From Flectonema sp. DT1601 (Eukaryota): 64,000 nt of DNA. Every line of letters starts with the position of its first letter. Positions within the stretch are counted from its first letter, which is position 1. Below the pieces are notes generated by a model. That model did no database searches. It was given only the letters and a program-made list of their open reading frames with translations, and was not told the origin of the DNA. This document shows, one piece after another, positions 35,401-46,164 of this stretch. The stretch is taken from contig OZ025791.1 in the NCBI GenBank assembly GCA_964019425.1, positions 248,001 through 312,000 of the forward strand, in the 5' to 3' direction. The position numbers and the translations under genes are program-made.

Positions 35401-38400
35401 GACCAGAAGGAAGAGTTTCAGAAGCTTTAACGAGTCCCGAAGAAGATCTGTTTTGTTTGAGTGATATCAACACACCAGATCTGTGTCCTTGTTGGTATAA
35501 CTGTTGTTGAATTAGTGCTGTTGGTCCACCAATTCCATAACATCGATTATCATTATTATCAGCAACGTAGAATGATATGTCGTATGAGTTGTCTGTTCTT
35601 CTGGTTGTGTTTGTCACAATAATCTTTGAAGGCTTTGAATGAATAGAAACAGCTCTCCCTTTCCCAAATAATGTAAACCTACACAAGTAACAAGGCATGC
35701 TGTATGATACCCAAACTGAATTTGTTTCTTCTGTTGAATGGAAGTGATGGATGACACGTCCTCCTCCACCATTCGCTCCTGGAGTATCGAGATTGAAATC
35801 ACTTTGTTTTGGAGTGATTGATTCCCAAATAGGATTTCTATTATAATCAACAGATACCGTGCTTGTTATAAAACCAGTCTTTTGATTAACTGTCGGTGGT
35901 GGGAATCCAACAATGACACTCTCAAACCTGCAGCTTCTCACTGCAAACAGAATCGGTTCCGTAGAGACACCTGACTCACCAATAGAAGTTAATTTATAGT
36001 CCTTCATTATAATTTCTTTACTTATTCCATTCACTTGTATTGATAATTTTATACCACAACTGCTGCAGGGTCTCGTAAAGTAAAATGAGATCTTTTTATC
36101 AACAGGAACAGCATCGATTTCCTTGTGGGTTGCGATGATTCGATTTACTTCTCTTGTTTTGTGACCACACTTTCCAACTCCTGGGTGTAAGAAACCTCCA
36201 GCACCGTATTTTAAAGTATTCCATTGATTTCCAGATAGATGATCAGTCCAAAAGGTACTGACAGTGAGTGTAAAAGTATTTGGGTTTGTTTGAGTTGGGA
36301 GACCCTTCAGCAGCCATCCATTAAATGTCTGAACGGAGTCGTAGGTTATTGAAATCGGATCACCAGTTCTAATCAGAACTTTATTTGAAGTACTTCCCTC
36401 CGAACGATCAACTGGAAGGTTCTGTTGCGTTATAACAACCGTGTCATCAGCTGCAGGAGTGATGTCGTATGGCTTTGTTATTTTTGTTCTTTTCTGTTCG
36501 ATCGGACCATCACTGTCGGATTCTACTGTCAAACAGTTTGACGAAGAAGTAGCTTTACTATAACACAATGTAACTTCAAACACGCAGGCTTCACACGGTT
36601 CAGATGCTGAGATCCAAACAAGTGCGTGTCCATTTGAAAGTCGGTGTTGGGTTGTTCTTATGAAGGAATGTTGAAGTGAGAAGTCAAGTTTATTATTATT
36701 TGATGTTATGAATGACGTGATAATACCACCGTCATTACAACCCGACCAAGACTTCTTCTCAATTAATATTATATTGTTATCTGATCCCCACGCTCGATTG
36801 TTATTCTGATCTACTAAAGTAACTTCAATTGGAAATGGAAGTCCAACAGACGCACTTTGTCTCCAACCAGAAGCTGGGAACTTATCGTAGATTCGATATC
36901 CTTGTTCTTCCTTACTCATTCTTACATTCTGTGGACAGTTAGTATCCTCACTGACTACGTCGCTTATAATAAAATCCTTATAAGGAACAACTGTTGGATA
37001 CTTAGACCAGTGATCACCAGCAGTCAAAACTTCAGAATTCATATCTTCCAACAACTCCGAGGATAACGACTTCACTTTAATATAAAAAGGAGCAGCAATC
37101 TGATAACGAATGTTATCGAGAACACTAAACAGAAATGTTGCGATCCCTCGAGTTGATGATTTGGAATTAACAACAACTTTAATTGAAGAAGTTTCACTCC
37201 CAGTGTTGATGTCGTATAATTTAACAATACCAGCTGAGTTGTGTTTTAGTGTAAATGAATACGAGTTATCATACACTATGTGTGCGACTTCTGAAAATAT
37301 ATAAACTACAGCAGCCTTGATCTCAATCATCGACACAGTACCACCCCCCGCATATCCACATGAGGGGGTAGTTAAACTAATAGAAGGAAGACCAGGTATT
37401 AAAGGAATATCACTGTTAGTGTTGTCAGATATTATTATTGTTTGTTTTGTGGGTAGCTTTGTTCTTGTGATTCCTTCAAAGGCGCTGGTTATCGCAACTT
37501 GTCTACAACTAATTACTTTATAAACGCCAATAGAACTTTCACTTCTCTCACAAAGACAGAGTTCAAGGATAGCTTCCCAAACTGGAGGTGTTATTCTTAT
37601 CGTTGGATCTAATCTGACTTGAGAGAGTTCGATAATAAATGTTGCATTGGATTCCCATGGAGGAATGTCTGCTATGTCAACATCTTCCCATGTTATTGAA
37701 GATACAGAAACAGATCCGTACGTAAGACTTGTTCCATTAGCGTTGATGTTTGAATGTGTTGAATTCAAAACAAATGAATTCTCAACTAAACAAGATTGTG
37801 TTGTTGTACTACAAGACCAGGGTTGAACACTTCTATCCTTTGACGACTCGGATCTAAAAGCCAGAAAACGAGTTAAATTACCACCACTACTACTAATTCC
37901 AGGAACGTTACCTTTCAATGAGAATTTTAATTGAACCGAAGGTGTTGTGGCAGAAATAGATATCGGCTGAGAGATGTTATTATCGGTTGTGATGTTAAAA
38001 TCATTGCAACCTTCACAACTAGAAACAGTTATCTGTAACTCAGATTGATCCACTACTGTACTTCCATCAACACTCATCGACATATTAAATAAACAACTCA
38101 ACTCTTCATAATTCGTAATAACAGAACCTTTCAATTCGGATGAGTAAATTGTTTTATTTATACGAACAGAGATCTCAACTGGAACACTCAAATCAACAAT
38201 CGAGTCTTCAGTTTGTATTAAGTACAGGTCAGCTATAGAAACATGTCCTTTGATGAGTGTTATAGGACTGCTGTTGTTGTACAACAACTGTCCCGTTGAA
38301 ACAGAAATATTAGTAATCGGCCAACCAGACCATAAAGTTGGAATCTTTTCATAATTAACAGCTGTGATGTTAATTAAAAAAGGAAGACTTTTATTTAACA

Positions 38401-41400
38401 TCCGATCAAAGACAATACCACCACCAGAACATTGCAATGAATTCGTGTCGTCAGCTAATGTTAAAGGAAGTTCAACGCTTGATGTCGCACCCCATGAAGT
38501 ATGAAACGATACAGAGCAGTTCACACATGGGTGGGTAGTTCGCAAAGTTGTTTCTAAACTAAATGAAGTATCTGATTCTGTAAAAGACTTTAAATAATCT
38601 TGAATAACAACACCACTGTGATGTTGTAGTTCGGGAACAGATAATATTGCGAATACCTTCGCAAAATGATATTCATCAATAAGAAAACTATTCTCTGAAT
38701 TACGAGACATCCACGTCCCCGGAGTAATAGAAACACCAATACCAGATGACAGCACACCAATTCCAGGATTCGATGAAAAAGTATAAGAAGCTTCACAAGT
38801 AGAAGCAGCTACTCTAACAGGGGTTTGAATCACTGCCGTTACAATTGTTGGTGTGTTCAATCTGCTTAGTAAAAGTTGTATTTGACAACCTCCTTTAAAA
38901 CGAGAACATCCTAAATTATGAAACACTCTAAACCTCAACATGTAAGGAGCTATATTACCTTCCAACATTTCCATCGCAAAGTCTGATTCTGACAACGTCC
39001 GTGGCTGAAGTAGAGTAGTCGCTTCTTCCGTTGTGAAGATATTTAAATTTGGATCAGCTGTAGGAGCGAGTATCGCATTCTTATTAATAAAATTTCCATT
39101 CGAGTCAGCAATCTGAACAGTTGCTGTCCAACCAGTGAAGTCAGTGACGATCTTTCCCGTCACGTCTCTGGCTATGAAATTTATTTGATATGGCAACAGT
39201 GCCATTACGTAACTTCCCTTTGCAGCATTCCACGAACTTCTACCTTCTGATAAACCATTAAAAGAACCATCTGAAGGTATCCAAACAGGTGGATTTAAGT
39301 TACTCAACGTGTTTGTAACTATTGAGATGTTCTGACTGTTGTTGAACAACTCAACACAAGCAAATGATGTGATGAATAGCTGTGAAGGTATCCTTCGATT
39401 AATTTCTAATCTAAATCTCGAATAACTCTCACCATAACTCACATTCACAAACAGACTTCCACCATCAATAAGTTCTGACATAATAAATGGAGTAAAGTGA
39501 TATTCATAAACTCCTCCTCTAAACCATGAAACACTTCTTAATGGAAGATGAAGCAGCGTTGTGTTAACTTGTTTCACAAACGCAGAGCTTTCAGTGATAT
39601 CTGCAGCGTTCGTTGATAAAGTAATTGAGAGCCTACCAAGTGGTGCATGTTCTCGTGCTCCATTATAAAGTGAATTAATAACGACAATACAATCCTCATT
39701 ATGATAACAATAAAGTAACGGACACAATACATTCGAATCGGAACACGTTTGAGATATCTGATTTGGGACAACAGAAGTTCCATTAATTTGAATACTATTC
39801 GGGACATGACGAAGTGTATTTATCCAAATCGGATCTGAAACTACCTCACCTGTAGCTCCCCCAACATTACCAGAAGTATGACCTGGAGGAAGAGCTAGAA
39901 ATCGAAATCCACATCCGACATTTGGAACATTAATTCCTCCAGTCGGAAGATAGCAGCTGCTGGTAATTCGAAACCTAAAAGTGACCGTGCCTTCGATTAG
40001 AAGTTGTTTTAGTCCACCAGATGGCCATTTATATCTAACAAATGACTCTTCAGATGATGCACAAGAACCATCAACACCTTCCATGTCAAAGTCACCACTT
40101 ACATCAAATGGATATAACGATGAACAAGTGATACCTGCCCATGTCATTGCAGAGTAACATTTCTGTACCCAAACTGGGTAGTTACCTGATGGCAATGGTA
40201 TTCCTCTTGATGAGGGTCGTACTGTGAATGAAATAATACTTCCAGTTTGTACTGATGGAGTGTTTGATTGTAGCTGTCCGTCATCATCAAGTTCTAAGTC
40301 TAGTCTGCTGTAAAGACTCTCAGTTTGTTGATTTGTTTTAATAAATTGAATGCTCTCATTAAATGATATCTCACTACCGATTTCAACATCTAACTTATCA
40401 GTTACAACTGATTGTTCTTTGTAGTATCCAGAACCACCTCCTGAATCAGTGCTCCCACTGTTACGAATTTGATACACTAAAGGACCTTGAAGATTATATT
40501 TATTATTAATAACTTCAGCTTCTGATTGACTTCTCTTTAATAAACACATTCTGTATTGTCCAGAAAGAGATCTCTCTGTTGGCGGTAGTTTAAAGAGAGC
40601 TGATGTCGTTGTCACGGAAACATTATTTTGTCGTGTTAGTGGCCACCATGTTGAAGGAGGGTTTACAGATCCTGGATGGGGACACCTATCAGATCTGTTG
40701 GCGATAAATAAAAAGTCACCTTCAGATTCTACACACCAAACACCAGTATTTACTATCTTAGAATGAGAACACCATGAAGACTGTGGTAACCCTTCACTTG
40801 ATACAGTGAGATCTTTAACTTTAACGGAGTTTATTATTCCTTCGAAACTGAGTTGGTTTCCAACTACACGAACACCTCTGACTGTCGATGACGAATCCCA
40901 CAGTTCGAGCCACGGCTCGTTCTTGTTTCCATGAAGTACTTCTGGTAGCTTGTAGCAAAATATATACAAACTGTCTCTTTCAAATGGAAATCCCATATGA
41001 ATCTGAACATAAGACATGTTATTCGTACTCTCTATCGATGGTATGAATGACAATTCCACATCACCAGCAGCAGTACTGAGTGATGCTGAAGAGTGACAGC
41101 TGCTGTGATCTGACAGCCGAACAATTTTAAACTCTCCCGGAGTCAGCTGCGATATGCGTCCTTCAGAAAGCTGTTCGTCAATTGAAATATAAAAACCAGA
41201 AGTTGTTACGTTGTTGTCATCATCTTCAGGAATTAGAATGTGAGTATGCAATCCTTCGAAAACATTATAATATTTGTGACCTTTGGAATCTTTGAAAACT
41301 TTCATCGCATCAGTGGAAGCAATCAACTGTCTACTCAGAGTCCAGCCGAGTACAGGAGATCTCAGAGAGGTTACTAAGGAACCAGTAACAGAAGCAATTT

Positions 41401-44400
41401 CTATCCAAAAAGGTGACGAATCTGTTGACTTGACTAATGATCTCAAACATATTTTATAGTTTTCTGAAATATCGCTATTCGGAATTCTTAAAGAAATCGT
41501 TGCGTCGCTACTCCTTCCATCAAATGGTCCCAAGTCAGAAAATACCTCCCCCTTGTTATCGACATTGTTACTGGATCCGTACAGTCTGTGGCCTATTGGG
41601 TTTTCTAATTGTCCATTTGATGAAGGGCCATAACATGGCTGATCATATCGAAGTAGTTTGACAGCATCCCCTCCAGCACTGGTATTAAACGTCTCAAGGC
41701 TCCTACCACATCGTTTTATAACATTATCCCAGTTGCAGCGGATGAATACCATTTTAATAACTCCTCTCATTCTTGGTGACCAACTTAGTGAGTGTCTAAT
41801 ACCATTGTCACGAACAGTGTAGGTACCGAGTTGTAACCAAGTTGACTTTTGATTGACTTGGACACAAAGTAAGTATTTTTTTGCTTCATGTGGAATGGAT
41901 AAATAAAATGCGAAATCGTTTACTGTGTGAGCGTTGATTGCGATGTCTGTCGAGGCTCCGAATGGATAGTTTTCGAGGTCTGCTGCTGGTTGGCGACAAC
42001 CGACCAGGTTGCTAACAAATTTAGCGTGAAAATGATTCATTAAACCAGGTCTTGTAGTATTCGTATCAAAGTCATTGAGAAGGTGCTGTTGGGGTATTTC
42101 TAAATCAGAAGCATCACCCGTCCAAGTTTCAGAATTTATTGAAAACTCCGACGTCGTTGAATACGAAAACAAATTAACAACATATTGACCAGAAGGTAAC
42201 TTCATAGCAACAGCACCAAACTGACTAGTGGATTTAATCAAAACAGGTGTTCCTTCAATGAGTTGCTTCCCTGAATCAGATTGAGGATTAAAACCTTGAT
42301 CAGTTAAGAGTGATATCTTTGTTGGCATGTTAATAACAAATTTCTGAAAGCTTCCCGCAGTCAAGACTGTTTCAGTACTTGGAGAAGTTATTTTAGAAGA
42401 CTGCAATCCATCGATAACAGTCAGAGTTATATTTAAAGAAATCCAATTCGGAAGAACTGATTGTTTATAACAAACTTTATACACTCCGACATCTCCAGGA
42501 ACTGAAACAGATGCTATCAGGTTCTTTGCGAACATCCATCTAATCTTTCCGGGTACAAATTGATTGTAAGGGATGATTCCATTTGTCCTTCTTAGAAATT
42601 CTCTTTTTCTTTCAGAAGTATTTAACAACAAGTTTTTATTATTATAAACTACTGATGAACAAGGTGATGTTGAAAAGATTGTTCGGTGAGGATATGACGG
42701 ACACCACAGAGATAGAAAAGTGTCGATTTTTGAATCATCGAAATCAAACAAAGAAATGTCACAACTATTCTCAAATGGAACAAGTCGAAATATGTCACCA
42801 GAGGATTCATCAGTGAGATGATCTGCTGTCAGTTGATTGTTAATATCATCTGAATCTACTTCACTAGAAATACCAAATACTAAATAATGCAATGGAGGGT
42901 TAAGAGTAGAAGAACTGAATACAACATTACTATCAAAGGGAGCGTCTTGGTACCAAATTGATATATTAGAGGGCGGCTGAACAATAAGTGACTTGAAATC
43001 ATCGCTTATCCAATTCCTATTACCATATCGTAGACATACTCGATATGGATTTCTGTTAATTGTTGGGATCGATAAATAGATGTGATGACTATCAGATGGA
43101 GTGGCATCATTCCTTCCAAGACAATTCTTAATACTTTCTTCAGAGAGTATGCAGTCAGCTTGTCCTGACAACGTTGCCTCAACAGTCCCAAGAAGAGGAT
43201 CATTTATAAAATGTTCATAGTCACATGGATAATTATAAGGAATAATTCTAACAGCTGTTCCAGTATTCATAACATAACTCCACTTACCTCCTTGTATTGA
43301 GAAGTCTCTTGTTCTGTTACCGTGTTGGATAATTATTGATCCCCAGCTTCCATCTCGAGTATCATTCATCTCCCACTTTGGATAGAAGTAAGTGGCATTC
43401 AAGCTGTACAGACCTGGTACTAAAATACTACCAAATGGATACAAATGAAGCGGAGTAAATTGTGACGTTGATTGCAGAGAAGACCCGAATGGTAGAACTA
43501 ACCAGCCGCTATTCTGAACAGAAGCACGACGATAACAAACAAAGTAAGAGTCTTGAGGTTGAGAAAAATATATTTGAGCGAAAGTAGTTGCGACTAAAGA
43601 AGCATCTGAAGAAGATGAGCCATCAAATTGGAAAGAAGTCAGATCGGTGCTTCCGATCACACGACTCTCTCTTGTGAAACTATTCGGACTGTTACTCAAA
43701 ACAGAATCATCATCATCAGCATCCCAACATCCTTGTTGTGTAAAGGAACCAATATTAGCAATACCAGACCCGACGGAAAACTTATTAGTTTTAATAATCT
43801 TCATCGAGTCACCTCCTAATCGAAGCCATCTTCTGGTAGTAAGACTTCGTATTGTTTGAGGAGCTCTACTCAGATCATTATTTAAAGAACTTACTCTGAT
43901 GAGACCCCACGATCCAGGAGATAGGTCAGAGCTGTCCCAAAATATATTAAAACTACTTGTTGTAAAGTGAAGGTTATTTAATGATTTCACATGTGTTCCA
44001 GAAGGCCAAATCTTCCTCCAGGCAGGTAAGGAATCGAGTGATCTGTTTTGAGAGATGAGTGACAGTCGCTGGTCTGCAGAAGAAAAACAAATCTCGTATT
44101 CAAGCTGTGTGTTACTCTCTGGAATTATTAAATAGGCGTATGTCTTCTGTGGATTATCTCCAGAGATCTCATTGTGTATTAAAGATTCATTACTAACTGT
44201 TGGATTGACGTCAGGTGTTCCAAAAACACCAGCACCACCACTGTGTGTTCCTTCAACAAGTCCTATTAGTGATTCACTATCCCAGTCACTGTTAGCTTCA
44301 ATGTGAGATGTTCCTAAGTAATCCCTTGTATAAGATTGGTGTTCATACGTACAAGCTGTTCCTCGAGGTACTATTTTAATTGAGTCACCCTTTCCACAAG

Positions 44401-45217
44401 TCAAGCACGTCGCTGGAGTTCTAGAAAAGTTCCAACTGGTTTCCAAACTGGTGAATTCAATTATGGCATGCTGGCCACGTTTTGCTTCTGGTAAGTTATA
44501 ATAAATTCCACTCTCTTCAGATTTGAACTTCCACTGACCTGGAGGTTCTGAATATGTTCTATTATAAAGAAGCGAAGACAGTTGAGAATCGAATAATCCT
44601 TCTGTAGTAAATACCATCCATTGATCATTATAATTAAATTCTATTCCCTTAAGTTTGTGTTTGAAACAAATAACGAACTCTCCTGGAGGTGCAACAGCTG
44701 TGACATGAGCCTTTCCAACAAAACGATTCCCTTCAGAGTATTCTTGTTGAGTAAATCCAAAACCAAATGTTTCCCATAAAGGTGATTCATAAGTTGTGTA
44801 TGAGCTACAATTATGTCCTCTAAATTGAATAAATTGATAACCTCTTGTCTGTAAATTATTATCATCTGAAGTGTTGAAATGTTCAACATAATTATTATCA
44901 TAGTAGGCGTGAAGTTGAATGCGAAACTCTTGTCCTTCAAATAGGGCAGCAGGCTCCAGTGCAGTAGTGTAATTTATATGATAACCAACTGTTATAGATT
45001 CTGATAAAGATTGAGATACTGTTGCTGTACGACTGTTAGATAGTGATTGCGATCGTGTTGTTGTTTTACTCGAAGTTAAACTACTCGATTGTGAATCACT
45101 TCGACTGCCTGAATCTGAACTCGTTTCTGAAATTGTTATCGTTTTAGTACTGGTTACAGCTCTCACCTCCATCACCATCATCAACATCAGAATAACCAGA
45201 CTCCATATTCTCATCAT
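32456..45217 (-). CDS. Giant (4253 aa) intronless secreted, probably GPI-anchored surface protein with Cys-containing repeats
   Basis: 12.76-kb open frame; N-terminal signal peptide, S/T-rich stalk, repeated GDxxK/R...C and Y/FxxC motifs, PT-rich linker and terminal hydrophobic stretch. Confidence 0.9.
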   Translation of the reverse strand: MMRIWSLVILMLMMVMEVRAVTSTKTITISETSSDSGSRSDSQSSSLTSSKTTTRSQSLSNSRTATVSQSLSESITVGYHINYTTALEPAALFEGQEFRIQLHAYYDNNYVEHFNTSDDNNLQTRGYQFIQFRGHNCSSYTTYESPLWETFGFGFTQQEYSEGNRFVGKAHVTAVAPPGEFVICFKHKLKGIEFNYNDQWMVFTTEGLFDSQLSSLLYNRTYSEPPGQWKFKSEESGIYYNLPEAKRGQHAIIEFTSLETSWNFSRTPATCLTCGKGDSIKIVPRGTACTYEHQSYTRDYLGTSHIEANSDWDSESLIGLVEGTHSGGAGVFGTPDVNPTVSNESLIHNEISGDNPQKTYAYLIIPESNTQLEYEICFSSADQRLSLISQNRSLDSLPAWRKIWPSGTHVKSLNNLHFTTSSFNIFWDSSDLSPGSWGLIRVSSLNNDLSRAPQTIRSLTTRRWLRLGGDSMKIIKTNKFSVGSGIANIGSFTQQGCWDADDDDSVLSNSPNSFTRESRVIGSTDLTSFQFDGSSSSDASLVATTFAQIYFSQPQDSYFVCYRRASVQNSGWLVLPFGSSLQSTSQFTPLHLYPFGSILVPGLYSLNATYFYPKWEMNDTRDGSWGSIIIQHGNRTRDFSIQGGKWSYVMNTGTAVRIIPYNYPCDYEHFINDPLLGTVEATLSGQADCILSEESIKNCLGRNDATPSDSHHIYLSIPTINRNPYRVCLRYGNRNWISDDFKSLIVQPPSNISIWYQDAPFDSNVVFSSSTLNPPLHYLVFGISSEVDSDDINNQLTADHLTDESSGDIFRLVPFENSCDISLFDFDDSKIDTFLSLWCPSYPHRTIFSTSPCSSVVYNNKNLLLNTSERKREFLRRTNGIIPYNQFVPGKIRWMFAKNLIASVSVPGDVGVYKVCYKQSVLPNWISLNITLTVIDGLQSSKITSPSTETVLTAGSFQKFVINMPTKISLLTDQGFNPQSDSGKQLIEGTPVLIKSTSQFGAVAMKLPSGQYVVNLFSYSTTSEFSINSETWTGDASDLEIPQQHLLNDFDTNTTRPGLMNHFHAKFVSNLVGCRQPAADLENYPFGASTDIAINAHTVNDFAFYLSIPHEAKKYLLCVQVNQKSTWLQLGTYTVRDNGIRHSLSWSPRMRGVIKMVFIRCNWDNVIKRCGRSLETFNTSAGGDAVKLLRYDQPCYGPSSNGQLENPIGHRLYGSSNNVDNKGEVFSDLGPFDGRSSDATISLRIPNSDISENYKICLRSLVKSTDSSPFWIEIASVTGSLVTSLRSPVLGWTLSRQLIASTDAMKVFKDSKGHKYYNVFEGLHTHILIPEDDDNNVTTSGFYISIDEQLSEGRISQLTPGEFKIVRLSDHSSCHSSASLSTAAGDVELSFIPSIESTNNMSYVQIHMGFPFERDSLYIFCYKLPEVLHGNKNEPWLELWDSSSTVRGVRVVGNQLSFEGIINSVKVKDLTVSSEGLPQSSWCSHSKIVNTGVWCVESEGDFLFIANRSDRCPHPGSVNPPSTWWPLTRQNNVSVTTTSALFKLPPTERSLSGQYRMCLLKRSQSEAEVINNKYNLQGPLVYQIRNSGSTDSGGGSGYYKEQSVVTDKLDVEIGSEISFNESIQFIKTNQQTESLYSRLDLELDDDGQLQSNTPSVQTGSIISFTVRPSSRGIPLPSGNYPVWVQKCYSAMTWAGITCSSLYPFDVSGDFDMEGVDGSCASSEESFVRYKWPSGGLKQLLIEGTVTFRFRITSSCYLPTGGINVPNVGCGFRFLALPPGHTSGNVGGATGEVVSDPIWINTLRHVPNSIQINGTSVVPNQISQTCSDSNVLCPLLYCYHNEDCIVVINSLYNGAREHAPLGRLSITLSTNAADITESSAFVKQVNTTLLHLPLRSVSWFRGGVYEYHFTPFIMSELIDGGSLFVNVSYGESYSRFRLEINRRIPSQLFITSFACVELFNNSQNISIVTNTLSNLNPPVWIPSDGSFNGLSEGRSSWNAAKGSYVMALLPYQINFIARDVTGKIVTDFTGWTATVQIADSNGNFINKNAILAPTADPNLNIFTTEEATTLLQPRTLSESDFAMEMLEGNIAPYMLRFRVFHNLGCSRFKGGCQIQLLLSRLNTPTIVTAVIQTPVRVAASTCEASYTFSSNPGIGVLSSGIGVSITPGTWMSRNSENSFLIDEYHFAKVFAILSVPELQHHSGVVIQDYLKSFTESDTSFSLETTLRTTHPCVNCSVSFHTSWGATSSVELPLTLADDTNSLQCSGGGIVFDRMLNKSLPFLINITAVNYEKIPTLWSGWPITNISVSTGQLLYNNSSPITLIKGHVSIADLYLIQTEDSIVDLSVPVEISVRINKTIYSSELKGSVITNYEELSCLFNMSMSVDGSTVVDQSELQITVSSCEGCNDFNITTDNNISQPISISATTPSVQLKFSLKGNVPGISSSGGNLTRFLAFRSESSKDRSVQPWSCSTTTQSCLVENSFVLNSTHSNINANGTSLTYGSVSVSSITWEDVDIADIPPWESNATFIIELSQVRLDPTIRITPPVWEAILELCLCERSESSIGVYKVISCRQVAITSAFEGITRTKLPTKQTIIISDNTNSDIPLIPGLPSISLTTPSCGYAGGGTVSMIEIKAAVVYIFSEVAHIVYDNSYSFTLKHNSAGIVKLYDINTGSETSSIKVVVNSKSSTRGIATFLFSVLDNIRYQIAAPFYIKVKSLSSELLEDMNSEVLTAGDHWSKYPTVVPYKDFIISDVVSEDTNCPQNVRMSKEEQGYRIYDKFPASGWRQSASVGLPFPIEVTLVDQNNNRAWGSDNNIILIEKKSWSGCNDGGIITSFITSNNNKLDFSLQHSFIRTTQHRLSNGHALVWISASEPCEACVFEVTLCYSKATSSSNCLTVESDSDGPIEQKRTKITKPYDITPAADDTVVITQQNLPVDRSEGSTSNKVLIRTGDPISITYDSVQTFNGWLLKGLPTQTNPNTFTLTVSTFWTDHLSGNQWNTLKYGAGGFLHPGVGKCGHKTREVNRIIATHKEIDAVPVDKKISFYFTRPCSSCGIKLSIQVNGISKEIIMKDYKLTSIGESGVSTEPILFAVRSCRFESVIVGFPPPTVNQKTGFITSTVSVDYNRNPIWESITPKQSDFNLDTPGANGGGGRVIHHFHSTEETNSVWVSYSMPCYLCRFTLFGKGRAVSIHSKPSKIIVTNTTRRTDNSYDISFYVADNNDNRCYGIGGPTALIQQQLYQQGHRSGVLISLKQNRSSSGLVKASETLPSGRRRNVLISKGHPTVEIKQRLYNGIPITKHMSGVKKGSWDVGFITASLSNEHSESIPVEISFGGFDNLKTVDVLGRDVTIEWSHPANKIVITPSGEISSRANSLLLITVSFIYLFSEDSSTPLAIRGHPFNSSSLNESKIVKATWDCSQCVDGTHPCHYNLQSESFIEGSTAVFSVMFYSGYGSCHVLFNYKNMSATASVLIQQQSSQKWFWKSTKTLILSEGSAVAAPHHPQQLLYELYGNDIFQTVFWSKIPKLDWSSSTTAAITRIRSGFQSFPAKCFVLEDVVFTVPENKTSIQVFGYFNQPSSSSGLCNISIKGTPAGSDISFFTTTVLPVKGIKFTDATFNTKGKMLKAIIGKPLNINIKTIDITGNKHLGDYYTNVKLLKPIKNEITLENDYIHISNATAIKGNVVIKVIIKKEGYYRWVVSVADSNSYLVLPVIKSSHEVEKVLIEVRQSISIGWLPYEFNMNIVSGFVLSFRIVAFNYLGGRFMSNDTISIRPGDVPCLLVDSSGTPPYVSTTCLAVGISSCSLQIVPPCTAASKSWFLSSAEGASGDDFTLQNGIAVIKKAFYSGPVGLTSLVLSAVDFGDPYYRLALQFVGQEVAGFSFQGIPCFLNNCPLQVNSAFKNVTEQRKISDPQSVVLYGLRAIPGVAFSVEVGLIDKGNNTVLGDSSSFIELVAECLDSRVPNNTFDVGVISTGVLDTTTPWSVVPLSEGIGTVYNLAFIGWCGMAVFKLRCLSDPLIDITSSCGKFITTTSVFEVGDTIIIPTDSPTAGTAIKVPIVQIDVGDTPLRSLNFISIESALLKSTAANLQSPELLSSIRITWACRIGRSPLSGGISENLKLTSACLENIGNTTNRNKYEPLAVSCLGGCSTVLETEILVGSAIGSYSEVVDAFIAAIEDPNSEIRTLPGLNITNSSVVMTLLPKPTPVPTLPRPVPTPLPSLATPLPDSIVSYSGVDEVNPVIYFIILLQLVLVVG

Positions 45218-45474
45218 ATCAACTAAAGTACTATCTTACTCTAAATCATTTTATCTTTAATGCCGTCGTGTGGTATCTAAAAAAAGTATAATAATTTATC
45301 AATTTAAACGAGACGTTACCAAATAACGAACATTAATAGAAAATGAACAAATACATTACAAGTACAGGAGTGAAGCAAACAGATCTTTTTGATGAGTTTC
45401 ATAAACAAGAGATGATATAGAACAATAATAAGAGATTTCAATTACTTTAATAATGAGCTCAAGAGGTGCCATTC

Positions 45475-46164
45475 CTACATATAAAAACTCTCACGATCTC
45501 CCTGAGGAGATGTCACAGCAATTTCATTTAATGTTGGAGGTGATTGCGTAGGTGGGATTAAACCGAGTGAGGCTCCACAACGACGCTTCCAAATAGATCC
45601 GGTTTTCCAATAAATATCCTTACCGTCAAATCTTCCAGAGGTACCCATAGCCTGAATAGTTAAGAGTGATGTTGTTGAACGAGTCTCCCAAGGATATCGA
45701 ATTCTTTTCTTTTTAGTAGGAGGACTATAAGGTAGTGGTGGAGGTATCGGTTCGTCATCATCCATTGGACCTCTCCAACCTTGTGAATGGTGAGCAGGTT
45801 TAACTGTTAATTTCGGAGACTTCTTAATCTCCATTGGAGTCCTGGACACAGTTCCATGAATAACTTCAGCAGTAGTTGTGTTTACAAGTTTTATCCTATC
45901 ACCAATATGACTTATTATGTGATCACCTGCATACCAACTTCCCCATGTTCCTGATAAGTCAGGCATTGGAAGTACTGGTGCAGGTCCTAAGTTCCCAGGA
46001 CCTATTAATCGAACGTGTCCAGATTCAAGTCTGACCATAATTAGCATCTCACCATCTGGAGCTCGTTGCTGTCCCGATACAAATCCTCGTCTTCCATTTA
46101 AATCGACGTCGTTTTGCAGACCCTGGATTTCTACTTCGGTACCTTCATTCAACTCGAAGTCCAT
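45475..46164 (-). CDS. Hypothetical protein with an N-terminal SH3-like 'GLxxxxxLNGxxG' domain
   Basis: EGTEVEIQGLQNDVDLNGRRGFV; the ATG at 46164 directly follows a CAG. Confidence 0.65.
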   Translation of the reverse strand: MDFELNEGTEVEIQGLQNDVDLNGRRGFVSGQQRAPDGEMLIMVRLESGHVRLIGPGNLGPAPVLPMPDLSGTWGSWYAGDHIISHIGDRIKLVNTTTAEVIHGTVSRTPMEIKKSPKLTVKPAHHSQGWRGPMDDDEPIPPPLPYSPPTKKKRIRYPWETRSTTSLLTIQAMGTSGRFDGKDIYWKTGSIWKRRCGASLGLIPPTQSPPTLNEIAVTSPQGDRESFYM

